Of a DNA stretch of 40,771 nt, positions 8,551-17,213 are shown in pieces (positions within the stretch are counted from its first letter, which is position 1; each line of letters starts with the position of its first letter). The stretch is from a virus (lineage: Duplodnaviria; Caudoviricetes), in IMG/VR virus record IMGVR_UViG_3300044998_000126, positions 1-40,771 of that record; one strand, given 5' to 3'. Made by a program: the position numbers and the translations under genes. The notes under the pieces were generated by a model. That model ran no database searches. It had not been told where the DNA came from and saw nothing but the letters and a program-made list of their open reading frames with translations.

Positions 8551-9507
8551 ATGCCCAACATCAAGCACGCCTTCACCAGCGCGAAGCCTGACGGTCCTGA
8601 CCCGACCCAGGTTCAGCCGAGCAACTGGAATGCTGAGCATGTGGTGGATGAGCGGTTGGACTTCCCGTTTGTGGAGATGCCGTCTGTGCCGCCTAGCGAT
8701 CATGTGGCACTTTTTGGGCGACGCATTGCCGGCAGGATGATGCCCGCGTTTATCGGCCCATCGGGGCTGGATTCGACGCTCCAGCCCTGGCTGGCACGGA
8801 ACAAGATCGCGTGGTTCAACCCCCCGGGCAACAGCCCCGCGGTTCAACAGCTTGGTATGGCGCCCGTCGCGACGGGCACGGCAACCGCGGCCAACGTAGG
8901 TACGGCGAACATCCATCAGGCCATGCGCCGGCTGGAGTACGCAGTCACGACGGCGAGCACATCGGCCGTGGCGGGCGTCCGCGGTGGACAACTTCAATTC
9001 CGCATCGGGAGCGCGGCCACGCCATTCGGCGGCTTTACATTCATCGCCCGCTTCGGCCCCAGCCGTGGCTCTGCCGCCAATGCCACACGGCGATTCTTCG
9101 CGGGCATGTCGAGCAGCTTGAATGCACCGACCGATGTGGACCCCTCCGCTGGCTCGACTTGGCCCAACATCATCGGCGTGGGCGCGGACGCTGGGGATGA
9201 GAACTTCCACATCATGCACCGCACGGGCACGGGCGCTGTGGCGAAGATCAACACGGGCATCCCAAAGGCATACGACGACGCCACCGAAATGTTCGAGCTG
9301 GCGCTGTTCACGGCGCCTACCGGCACGCCATCAGTGGGATACCGCTTCACTCGGCTGAGCGACGGTGGGTTCTTCAGCGGGACCATCACAACCAAGCTGC
9401 CCGCCGCGACAACACTGCTGAACTGGCAAATTTGGACCAGCGTCGGTGGCACATCGTCCGTGGTGGGTATCTCCATCGCTTCGGTGTACCTGGAAACGGA
9501 CTTTTAA
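8551..9507 (+). CDS. Putative tail appendage protein (beta-rich)
   Basis: GAGGAG RBS; IKHAFTSAKPDGPD..VQPSNWNAEH N-terminus; tail module position. Confidence 0.6.
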   Translation: MPNIKHAFTSAKPDGPDPTQVQPSNWNAEHVVDERLDFPFVEMPSVPPSDHVALFGRRIAGRMMPAFIGPSGLDSTLQPWLARNKIAWFNPPGNSPAVQQLGMAPVATGTATAANVGTANIHQAMRRLEYAVTTASTSAVAGVRGGQLQFRIGSAATPFGGFTFIARFGPSRGSAANATRRFFAGMSSSLNAPTDVDPSAGSTWPNIIGVGADAGDENFHIMHRTGTGAVAKINTGIPKAYDDATEMFELALFTAPTGTPSVGYRFTRLSDGGFFSGTITTKLPAATTLLNWQIWTSVGGTSSVVGISIASVYLETDF

Positions 9508-9510
9508 GCC

Positions 9511-10479
9511 ATGAGCGCGTTCGACTCGGGAGCATTCGACTCGGGCGCGTTTTTCGCCGCTGCTGCCCCCCCTGCAACGGTGGTTGAAACCGACTTCGCC
9601 ATCGCAGGCGGCGCATCAACTTCGCTATCAGCCCGAGCGATCCGTGATGCAGGGCTCAACGCAGTAGGCACCTCGACGGCGGCCTTTGTGGACGAATCCA
9701 CGTATCCGTTTGTAGGCCCCGAGCGCTTCATTGAAGTCCTGGGCGCTGAAATTCTCCATTTCGAGATCGTCGGGGAAAACAAGGTCCCGACATTCAGTGA
9801 TGGAGACATGACGGCCTCTGGCGCGGCGAGCCTGGTGATCGGTGCGGCTCGCGTGCTGCCAACGCTCCACGCCTCGGCTGGCTCTGGTTCGACCTCTATT
9901 TCAGCCCGATCCATCAGCTTGGTCGGCCTGGCGCCCACCGGCACGTCTTCAGCGTCTTTCGGCGTGGCCCGCGTGCTCCCTTCCTCTGCCGCTTCATCGG
10001 GGTCTTCGGCCTTGAGCCTTGCGGCACGCGCCATTGCCCAGGCCGCAGCCACAGCGGCAGGCTCCAGCACGGTTGCCACACAGACCCAGGCTCGCAAGGA
10101 TGCCGTGGTCAATGGATTGGGTTCGTCCAACGTGTTTGCCCCCACTCAGGTGCTGGCCGCAGCTTCGGTGAACCTGCAAGGCTCATCGAGCGTGGACCTG
10201 CTCGGCCGCCCGGTGGCCCCTGGCGGCCTTGAGGCGCTTGGTGCATCTGCATCGGATCTGAGTGGCTTGGGCCTGGTCGCTCGCATCGATGCTCAGGACA
10301 TGGAGCGCGGCGCGGAATTTCGCGCGATGGAGCGCGGCGCGGAATTTCGCGCGATGGAGCGCGGCGCGGAATTTCGCGCGATGGAGCGCGGCGCGGAATT
10401 TCGCGCGATGGAGCGCGGCGAAGAATTTCGCGCGATGGAGCGCGGCGAAGAGCGCCGTTCGATGGAGGTTACATCATGA
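9511..10479 (+). CDS. Ala/Gly/Ser-rich putative tail fibre shaft protein with C-terminal 9-aa repeats
   Basis: AFDSGAFDSGAF N-terminus, A/S/G-rich body, about six MERGAEFRA-type repeats. Confidence 0.6.
   Translation: MSAFDSGAFDSGAFFAAAAPPATVVETDFAIAGGASTSLSARAIRDAGLNAVGTSTAAFVDESTYPFVGPERFIEVLGAEILHFEIVGENKVPTFSDGDMTASGAASLVIGAARVLPTLHASAGSGSTSISARSISLVGLAPTGTSSASFGVARVLPSSAASSGSSALSLAARAIAQAAATAAGSSTVATQTQARKDAVVNGLGSSNVFAPTQVLAAASVNLQGSSSVDLLGRPVAPGGLEALGASASDLSGLGLVARIDAQDMERGAEFRAMERGAEFRAMERGAEFRAMERGAEFRAMERGEEFRAMERGEERRSMEVTS
10300..10467 (+). repeat. 27-bp in-frame tandem repeat, 6 units (4 identical ATGGAGCGCGGCGCGGAATTTCGCGCG, 2 degenerate) plus a final ATGGAG
   Basis: Units start at 10300, 10327, 10354, 10381, 10408 and 10435; no spacers. 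Confidence 0.95.
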
Positions 10480-10775
10480 TTTTGGATCGAAAAGAGAAGC
10501 AGCCTGTCGAGATCAAGGATTACCCGATCAACTACGCCGACTGGCTGGCGGAGTCCGGCGACACGCTGAGCAACGTCAATGCAGCCATTGAGTGCCTCAC
10601 AGATATAGCCGACAACTCGCTAACAGTGCATAATCTCACACTGGCGCCCACGGCGGTGTCTGTCTGGCTTTCTGGCGGCACGGATGGTCAGCGCTACAAG
10701 GTCACCGTAACGGTCGACACGGTCGGCGGACGGCGAGACCAGAGTGAGTTCATTGTGCGGGTAAAGGATTACTGA
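10476..10775 (+). CDS. Fibre-tail adaptor-like protein
   Basis: KQPVEIKDYPINYADWL...VWLSGGTDGQRYKVTVTVDTVGGRRDQSEF motif. Confidence 0.75.
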   Translation: MILDRKEKQPVEIKDYPINYADWLAESGDTLSNVNAAIECLTDIADNSLTVHNLTLAPTAVSVWLSGGTDGQRYKVTVTVDTVGGRRDQSEFIVRVKDY

Positions 10776-10776
10776 C

Positions 10777-11745
10777 ATGCCACAACTGTTTACCAACAAC
10801 GCTCGGGCGCTTCTGGTGTCGGGCATCACTGACTCAGCCACGTCGTTGACCGTTGAGGCATCAAAGGCCGACCTATTTCCCACAGCGAATACAGGAACCG
10901 GCCCCGTATCGGCCGCGACCAACTGGTTCAAGATCACGCTCCAGAACGCCGTAGGCGAAGTGGAGATCATCTACGTTCGGACCCGCACGGCAGGCTCCGC
11001 GATCATGTCAAACCTGCTGCGCGGCCAGGAGGGCACGACTGCTCGGAGCTTCAGTGCCGGCACGGTGGTGGGCCTGCGAATCACGGCGGCTGACGTGGAG
11101 GGCTCCATCGCGGCGGCTGCGAACTCGGTGCAGTTGACGGGCAACCAGACCATCGCCGGCACCAAGACGTTCAGCAACCAGATTGTTGCGTCTGGTGGGG
11201 TTCAGGGAGACGTGACTGGCAACGCCGGAACCGTCACCAACGGTGTCTACACCACGGGCGATCAGATCATTGGCGGGAACAAGACGTTTTCTGGTGACGT
11301 TAGGGTCGCTTCCCGCATACTTATGAACAATGAGATTTCGCCCAATACGACTACATTGCAGTGGGGCGATAACACGGGCTGGACGTTCCGCATGATGACG
11401 AACGTATCAGGTACCCCCACCCTCCGATATTCCTTCACCGACACCGGAAACTTCACCGCCACCGGCAACGTCACCGCCTTCTCGGACATCCGCCTCAAGA
11501 CCGACCTGACCAAGATCAGCAACGCGCTGGCGAAGGTCAACCAGCTCAACGGCTACACATACAAGCGTATCGACACGGGCGAGCGCCAGACCGGCGTGGT
11601 GGCTCAGGAAGTCCAGGCTGTGCTGCCCGAAGCCGTACTAGACAACGGCGAGACGCTGGCCGTGGCCTACGGGAACATGGTGGGTCTTTTGATCGAGGCG
11701 GTGAAAGAACTCACCGCTCGCGTGGATAAGCTGGAGGGCCGTTGA
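10777..11745 (+). CDS. Tail fibre protein with C-terminal peptidase S74 intramolecular chaperone
   Basis: LTGNQTIAGTKTF shaft repeats; FSDIRLK...GVVAQEVQAVLPEAV...VAYGNMVGLLIEAVKEL. Confidence 0.88.
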   Translation: MPQLFTNNARALLVSGITDSATSLTVEASKADLFPTANTGTGPVSAATNWFKITLQNAVGEVEIIYVRTRTAGSAIMSNLLRGQEGTTARSFSAGTVVGLRITAADVEGSIAAAANSVQLTGNQTIAGTKTFSNQIVASGGVQGDVTGNAGTVTNGVYTTGDQIIGGNKTFSGDVRVASRILMNNEISPNTTTLQWGDNTGWTFRMMTNVSGTPTLRYSFTDTGNFTATGNVTAFSDIRLKTDLTKISNALAKVNQLNGYTYKRIDTGERQTGVVAQEVQAVLPEAVLDNGETLAVAYGNMVGLLIEAVKELTARVDKLEGR

Positions 11746-11746
11746 T

Positions 11747-12700
11747 ATGTCACTGGCAACCTCTGGCCCAATCAGCATCGGCGGCACGGACCCGGCGCGG
11801 TCGATCAACGCGCAGTTCGGTCGTGCCTCAAACGCTCAGACCTCGATGAGCCAGCTGTATCGTGGCGGCGGTATCGTGCCCAACGCCTCGCAGAACAACA
11901 ACGTCCCGACGTCTGGGCCGATCAGCCTCAGCAACTTCTATGGAGCGGTAAACCGCATCGCTCAGACCATCACCATCGCGTCCAACCAGACCGACTACGT
12001 CGCCAACACGGCGAAGGTGACTGGGTATCAGGCTGGGCTGATGGACGTCACGTTCGTCATCAACGGCGGTGTTTACTGCTCTCCAAGTGCGACTGGGACG
12101 CCCGGTTTTGATGTTGACACTTCTTGGACCACTGGCGACACCGTGACTGTTGTGAACAACGGTTTTATTGTCGGCAGAGGTGGGAATGGTGGCGCTGGCG
12201 TTTCGATTGTCGGCATCAGGAGCTTTAGCGGCGGTTCTGCCGGCTCCGCAGGAGGTTTAGCGTTTAGAGCACAACGTGGTGTTTCTGTTAACAACGCCGG
12301 AACTATTGGCGGCGGCGGCGGCGGCGGCGGCGGCGGAGGTGCGCTGTCTGGGGCTACCAACGAGGAATTACCGCAACTAGTAAACGTATCCGGTTCCGGT
12401 GGCGGCGGCGGTCGAGGTGTTTCAAGCGGAGGCGCGGGTGGCACGGTCTACACCGGCGGTGCAGCCTCAACGGGCGGTGCAGGAACGCTTACAGCAGCCG
12501 GCGCAGGCGGAAATACCGGTTTTGCTGGCGGAGCAGGGGGCGGACTGGGGGCTACCGGAGGTACGGGGCAAAGTGGCTCCGGAGGTAGTGACATGAGCGC
12601 CGCACCCGGGTTACCAGGAGGTTCCGCAGGCGCCGCCGTCTCCGGCAACGCAAACATCACATGGGTCGCCACCGGCACCCGTCTTGGAGCAATCACATGA
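11747..12700 (+). CDS. Glycine-rich receptor-binding adhesin (gp38-like)
   Basis: Follows the S74 fibre; VNNGFIVGRGGNGG, poly-Gly runs and a GAAVSGN...W...GTRLGAI C-terminus as in T-even gp38-type adhesins. Confidence 0.75.
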   Translation: MSLATSGPISIGGTDPARSINAQFGRASNAQTSMSQLYRGGGIVPNASQNNNVPTSGPISLSNFYGAVNRIAQTITIASNQTDYVANTAKVTGYQAGLMDVTFVINGGVYCSPSATGTPGFDVDTSWTTGDTVTVVNNGFIVGRGGNGGAGVSIVGIRSFSGGSAGSAGGLAFRAQRGVSVNNAGTIGGGGGGGGGGGALSGATNEELPQLVNVSGSGGGGGRGVSSGGAGGTVYTGGAASTGGAGTLTAAGAGGNTGFAGGAGGGLGATGGTGQSGSGGSDMSAAPGLPGGSAGAAVSGNANITWVATGTRLGAIT

Positions 12701-13206
12701 TCCCTTACAGCTACGAAATCATCAGCGTCGATCCGCAAGCGCGGGTCATGGAGGTCGTTTACTCCAGCCCCGGCCGTCAAACCATGCACATCAGTGCGCG
12801 GCTGCCGTTTGTTGGAGAGTCACTGGAAGCTGTCATTCAGATGTTCAGCCCCGTCGCATTTTGGCGCGAGCAGGAGGCGGAGGTGGTTGTGCCTGAACTC
12901 GGCTCCGGTCAGGTGACACCCCCAGCGGAGCCAACACCGGAAGAAACTTTGGCGCAATGGCGGGCAAGGTTTCAGATCACCATGCGCCAGTGCCGCCTGC
13001 ATCTGCTGATGACCGGCAAGCTGGATTTAGTGCAGCCAGCAATCGACTCGCTGCCGGAGCCAACAAAAACCGCTGCAAGCATCGAATGGGAGTATGGCGC
13101 TGTTGTCCAGCGCAACGCGCCCCTGATAGTGCAACTGGCTCCGGTACTTGGCTGGTCCACACCAGAGGAAATTGACGCCCAGTTCATTGCTGCTTCGCTG
13201 CTATGA
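12697..13206 (+). CDS. Tail-fibre-associated/assembly protein (start ATG 12697)
   Basis: ATGA overlap with adhesin, GGAG RBS; ITMRQCRLHLL...IEWEYG..VQRNAPL...EIDAQFIAA motif. Confidence 0.7.
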   Translation: MIPYSYEIISVDPQARVMEVVYSSPGRQTMHISARLPFVGESLEAVIQMFSPVAFWREQEAEVVVPELGSGQVTPPAEPTPEETLAQWRARFQITMRQCRLHLLMTGKLDLVQPAIDSLPEPTKTAASIEWEYGAVVQRNAPLIVQLAPVLGWSTPEEIDAQFIAASLL

Positions 13207-13457
13207 CCTACCTGTTCAACATCCTCATCGCACTGTCTCAGTTGGGTAACACCATCCTCGGCGGCTACCCCGATGAGAGCATGAGCGCCCGCGCGTGGCG
13301 TACCGGCAGCGCAGGCAAATGGCCTGGCGTGGCGACTCGCCCACTAATTGATGTGCTGTTTTTCGTCGTGACCTTCGGGCGCGACCGACAGCACTGCCAA
13401 GACGCCTACGACAGCGAGCGCCTGCGTCGGCAATTCCCTGAGCACTACCGTGGCTGA
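13203..13457 (+). CDS. Small conserved tail-module protein
   Basis: NILIALSQLGNTILGGYPDESMSARAWR...IDVLFF...HC motif; ATGA overlap. Confidence 0.75.
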   Translation: MTYLFNILIALSQLGNTILGGYPDESMSARAWRTGSAGKWPGVATRPLIDVLFFVVTFGRDRQHCQDAYDSERLRRQFPEHYRG

Positions 13458-13463
13458 TTCACC

Positions 13464-15482
13464 ATGGTCGCCATCAACATCAAGGCATTCAGGGGTGAAG
13501 TCCCCCGCGTGAGCGATCGACTCTTGCAGCCGAACCAGGCTTCGCGGGCGATGAACTGCAAGATCACGTCGGGCCGTCTGGACCCGCTGCGTGGCCTGGG
13601 CCTTGAGGCGACTGTCCAACTCAACCCGGTCAGGACGCTGTTCCGCTACCGGCACTTTATTAACGGGCTGCCCGTTGACCGCTGGCTGACCTTCAGCAAC
13701 GACGTGGATGTGGTGGACTCCCCACTGGCCAACGATACCCTGGGCCGCATCTTCTACACGGCGGATACCCACGAGCCGCGCATGTCCACTTACGAGAGGC
13801 TGACGGATGGCCCAGTCTTCCCCGCAAATTGGTTCGCGCTCGGCGTACCCAACCCCACCCAGGCGCCCACAGTCAGTGTTTCTGGTGGTGCAGCGCCGGT
13901 AGAGGACCGCGCCTACGCCTACACGTTCGTGACCGCACTGGGCGAGGAATCCGGCCCGTCCCCAGCGTCCGCACTGACCAACGGCAACGCCAACGGCACG
14001 TGGAACCTGTCGGACCTTCAGACTGCGCCACCCAACACCGGCACGATCACTGCGGCAGCCGCCAACACCCCCTCTGCGGGCCTGGTCCGCGTCACGCTCA
14101 ACACGACTTTCGGCCTCGACCCGTTCGACACCATCACCATCGCTGGTGTGGTGGGTATGACTGCGCTCAACGGCGTGCACCGCGTCCAGGCCGTCAACGG
14201 CAACCAGGTGGACATCGTTCTGGCGACGAGCCAGACCTACACCAGCGGCGGCACCTGGTCGCGCAACGCGCCGCTGAACACCACGGGGATGACCAAGCGC
14301 ATCTACCGCAGCGCGGGATCGACGGGGCAATTCCTGTTTGTTGATGAGATCCCTGTCGCGCAGACGACTTATGCCGACACCAAGGCGGGCACTGCGCTGG
14401 GCGAGTCCCTGGCCACACTGAACACACTTCCGCCACCTAAGAACCTCACCTGCTTGATCAGCCTGCCCAATGGCTGCTTGGTGGGCTTGTCAACCAATGA
14501 GTTGTGCTTCAGCGACCCGTACATGCCGTATTCCTGGCCCATGGGGAACCGCTACTCCTTTAGTGGCCGGGGCGTGGCGATTGTGCCGGCTGGAAACTCG
14601 GTGATTGTGTTAACCGATTCCTTCCCCATCCTGTTCACCGGCTCGGACCCTGAAGCCATGAGTCCATCAGTGATGGAGACTTACGCCCCTTGCGTGTCCA
14701 AGCGCGGCGTCGTGTACGTAGGCGGTGGGTGCCTGTACCCCAGCTTTGATGGCTTGTGGCTGGCCGCCCCTGGTCGCGTGGAGAACCTGACCCGGCGACT
14801 GTACCGAGAGCAGGAGTGGGCGGATCTCAACCCCCAGTCACTCGATGCCGAGTTTTTCGATGGGCAGTATGTTGGGGCTTACCGAACGTTGACTGCGGTT
14901 CGTCGGGTGCTAGTCATGGACATCAACGAGGCCGATAGCATCGTGGAGGTGGAGGATTGGTTCGACGCTCTACACCGCAACGAGTACGACGGTCGCCTCT
15001 ACGTGACCAAAGGCAACCAGATTTTCCAATGGGATGCCAACCCAGGCCTTGCCTACGAGTCGGACTGGATCAGCATGACCTACCAGTTGCCGCGGCCGAC
15101 GAACTTTGCCGTAGCCCAGGTGCATGCAGACTTTCAGGCCGTTGTACCGATTGATGAATCCATCACTCAGACCAATCAGTCCCTAATCGATGCTGGTGCA
15201 GATGCGGTCGCGGGCCACCTGAATGGTCAGGAACTCCTGGCGACCGAGATCAATGGGAGTCTCATCATTCCCAATATGCCGGACATCGCCAAGAAGGTGC
15301 AGTTCACGCTGTACGCGGACGGCGAGCCCGTGTTTACCAAGGGCGTTGCATCCAGCACACCGTTCCGATTGCCTTCCGGCTATCGCTCTGAGGTGTTTAA
15401 CGTCGGCCTGGACTCCAGTGTACCCACCTACTCGGTGACGATCGCAGAATCAACGGCCGAATTAGCGCAGGCGTCTTCATGA
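13464..15482 (+). CDS. Tail nozzle / DNA-stabilisation protein (beta-propeller type)
   Basis: FRGEVPRVSDRLL N-terminus, RAYAYTFVTALGEESGPSP, LCFSDPYMPYSWP, CVSKRG, FRLPSGY motifs; podovirus gene order. Confidence 0.75.
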   Translation: MVAINIKAFRGEVPRVSDRLLQPNQASRAMNCKITSGRLDPLRGLGLEATVQLNPVRTLFRYRHFINGLPVDRWLTFSNDVDVVDSPLANDTLGRIFYTADTHEPRMSTYERLTDGPVFPANWFALGVPNPTQAPTVSVSGGAAPVEDRAYAYTFVTALGEESGPSPASALTNGNANGTWNLSDLQTAPPNTGTITAAAANTPSAGLVRVTLNTTFGLDPFDTITIAGVVGMTALNGVHRVQAVNGNQVDIVLATSQTYTSGGTWSRNAPLNTTGMTKRIYRSAGSTGQFLFVDEIPVAQTTYADTKAGTALGESLATLNTLPPPKNLTCLISLPNGCLVGLSTNELCFSDPYMPYSWPMGNRYSFSGRGVAIVPAGNSVIVLTDSFPILFTGSDPEAMSPSVMETYAPCVSKRGVVYVGGGCLYPSFDGLWLAAPGRVENLTRRLYREQEWADLNPQSLDAEFFDGQYVGAYRTLTAVRRVLVMDINEADSIVEVEDWFDALHRNEYDGRLYVTKGNQIFQWDANPGLAYESDWISMTYQLPRPTNFAVAQVHADFQAVVPIDESITQTNQSLIDAGADAVAGHLNGQELLATEINGSLIIPNMPDIAKKVQFTLYADGEPVFTKGVASSTPFRLPSGYRSEVFNVGLDSSVPTYSVTIAESTAELAQASS

Positions 15483-15673
15483 AGAAAGCGGCCATCCCCA
15501 CCGTCCGCACTGGTCAACCTGACGTTGACCGCGCTTTCGATGCCATCAAGCAGAATCTGGATTCCATTACCGGCCAAGCCCGCAACGTGGAGCGCTTGCA
15601 GCCTTTGCCGGCTGACGCCTCAATGGCCCAGGTGATTGCACGCCTCAACGAGATCACCGCACGACTTCAGTGA
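15479..15673 (+). CDS. Small hypothetical virion protein
   Basis: ATGA overlap; helical 64 aa. Confidence 0.7.
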   Translation: MKKAAIPTVRTGQPDVDRAFDAIKQNLDSITGQARNVERLQPLPADASMAQVIARLNEITARLQ

Positions 15674-15675
15674 AG

Positions 15676-15691
15676 CGTGGCAAGCATGGCA
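15676..15691 (+). promoter_or_regulatory. 16-bp motif, copy upstream of GNAT/ejection block
   Basis: Exact CGTGGCAAGCATGGCA just after the upstream stop codon. Confidence 0.65.
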
Positions 15692-15703
15692 CCCTGCTGT
15701 GCC

Positions 15704-16123
15704 ATGTCGAACTACGCGCTTGAATTTGATCTGGACGCGGTTCTTCCTTTTGTGAAGAGTCGGATTCCAGGCTTTGCTCGCGGCGAAGACATGCGCTGCA
15801 TCGGACTGCGGCGCCACGGTGAATTGATCGCAGGCGTTGTTTATGAGGGCTTCAACGGTCGAAACATGATGATTCATGTGGCCGCTGAACCCGGCCGGCG
15901 CTGGCTGGTTCGTGAATACCTGCGCGCGTGCTTCGTGTACCCGTTCGAGATCTGCGGAGTGGAGCGCTTGACGGGCTACGTCAACGAGAGCAACACCGAG
16001 GCGCGACGGTTCGATGAGCATTTGGGGTTCAAGGAAGAAGCCCGGCTAAAAGGCGCGGCGCCCGATGGGGGCGACGTGATTCTCTATGTCATGTGGAAAT
16101 CGGAGTGCCGTTATGTGGCTTAA
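15704..16123 (+). CDS. GNAT-family acetyltransferase-like protein
   Basis: CFVYPFEICGVERLTGYVNESNTEARRFDEHLGFKEEARL motif; typical location before podovirus ejection genes. Start at ATG 15704 is inferred. Confidence 0.85.
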   Translation: MSNYALEFDLDAVLPFVKSRIPGFARGEDMRCIGLRRHGELIAGVVYEGFNGRNMMIHVAAEPGRRWLVREYLRACFVYPFEICGVERLTGYVNESNTEARRFDEHLGFKEEARLKGAAPDGGDVILYVMWKSECRYVA

Positions 16124-17213
16124 ATCCTTCTTTGACCCGCTGTATCGCTGGCTGACCGACTACATGGGGGCCTGCGGGTTCATCCTGTATGGAGGCGGGA
16201 AAGGCAGCAGCGCTCCCGCACCCGATCCGCGACTGGTCGAGGCGCAAATCAAGAGCCTGGGCATCCAGGACAGCATGATCGAAGAGATCATGGCCGTGAC
16301 GCGGGAAATGCAGCCGATCCAGAAGGAGCAGATGCAATTCGGCCTGGATTCTGCGCGGACGGCATTTGATCAGTCCCAAGCGGATCGCACTTATTCGCTG
16401 GAGCGCCGCGGTGTTCTCACTGGGTTGCAGGATCAGCTGGTCGCTGACGCGCGGAGCTTCAACGAGCAGGGCAGGGGAGAGCAGTTGGCCGGTCGCGCCA
16501 TTGCCGATGTGCAGACCCAGATGGATAACACGCGCGCGGGCACGGCGCGTCAGATGGCTCGCATGGGCATCAACCCCATGAGCGGGAACTTTGCAGCCAC
16601 GAACAACAGCATGGACGTAGCCACGGCATCGGCCAAGGCCGCGGCCGGCAACAACGCGCGTGAGGCCGCTCGCATGGAAGGCTACTCGCTGACCGATCGC
16701 GCAACGAATGCCCTGGCGGGCTATCCAGCCATGGGCTTGCAGACCACGGGTAATGCAGCGCAGTTTGCCGCTGGCGGCCTGAATCTGGCAAACCATGGCG
16801 CAGCCGGCATGATGGCTGGGAGCAAAAGCGCGGGTTCAATGGCAGGTCAGATGGGCAGCAATGCCGCCAATATGTGGGGCCAGCAAGCGAACTTCCACGC
16901 CAACATGCAGCAGCAAGACCAGACGGGCCAGATTCTTGGCGGCCTGGGTGGCTTTGTCGCGGGCTTGGCCAAGACCGGCATCTTTTCTTCGGATCGTCGC
17001 CTGAAAAAGGACATCGCTTTGATTGGCCAGGACGAGGCGACCCTGCTCAATCTGTACGAGTTCAGCTACGTGGACGGAGGCGGCACCCGATATGTGGGCG
17101 TCATGGCCGACGAGGTACAAGAGCGCTTCCCCGAGGCGGTTTATGAAATGCCTGACGGCTTCATGGCCGTCAACTACGCCCTGCTGGGCATTGAATTGAA
17201 AGAGGTGGCTTGA
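16113..17213 (+). CDS. DNA ejection (internal virion) protein with C-terminal peptidase S74-like domain
   Basis: GGAG RBS before ATG 16113; GGGKGSSAPAPDP motif; Q/A/G/M-rich helical body; SSDRRLK...GVMADEV...PEAV...VNY. Confidence 0.75.
   Translation: MWLKSFFDPLYRWLTDYMGACGFILYGGGKGSSAPAPDPRLVEAQIKSLGIQDSMIEEIMAVTREMQPIQKEQMQFGLDSARTAFDQSQADRTYSLERRGVLTGLQDQLVADARSFNEQGRGEQLAGRAIADVQTQMDNTRAGTARQMARMGINPMSGNFAATNNSMDVATASAKAAAGNNAREAARMEGYSLTDRATNALAGYPAMGLQTTGNAAQFAAGGLNLANHGAAGMMAGSKSAGSMAGQMGSNAANMWGQQANFHANMQQQDQTGQILGGLGGFVAGLAKTGIFSSDRRLKKDIALIGQDEATLLNLYEFSYVDGGGTRYVGVMADEVQERFPEAVYEMPDGFMAVNYALLGIELKEVA

Noticed and set aside
10300-10467. Repeat array as a CRISPR
   Set aside because: Units are contiguous with no spacers, are in frame in a CDS, and no cas genes are present.
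12308-12340. (GGC)9 microsatellite
   Set aside because: Encodes the poly-Gly run expected in gp38-like adhesins.
10777-12700. Diversity-generating retroelement or invertible tail cassette
   Set aside because: No reverse transcriptase, invertase, template/variable repeat pair or flanking inverted repeats were seen in the window.
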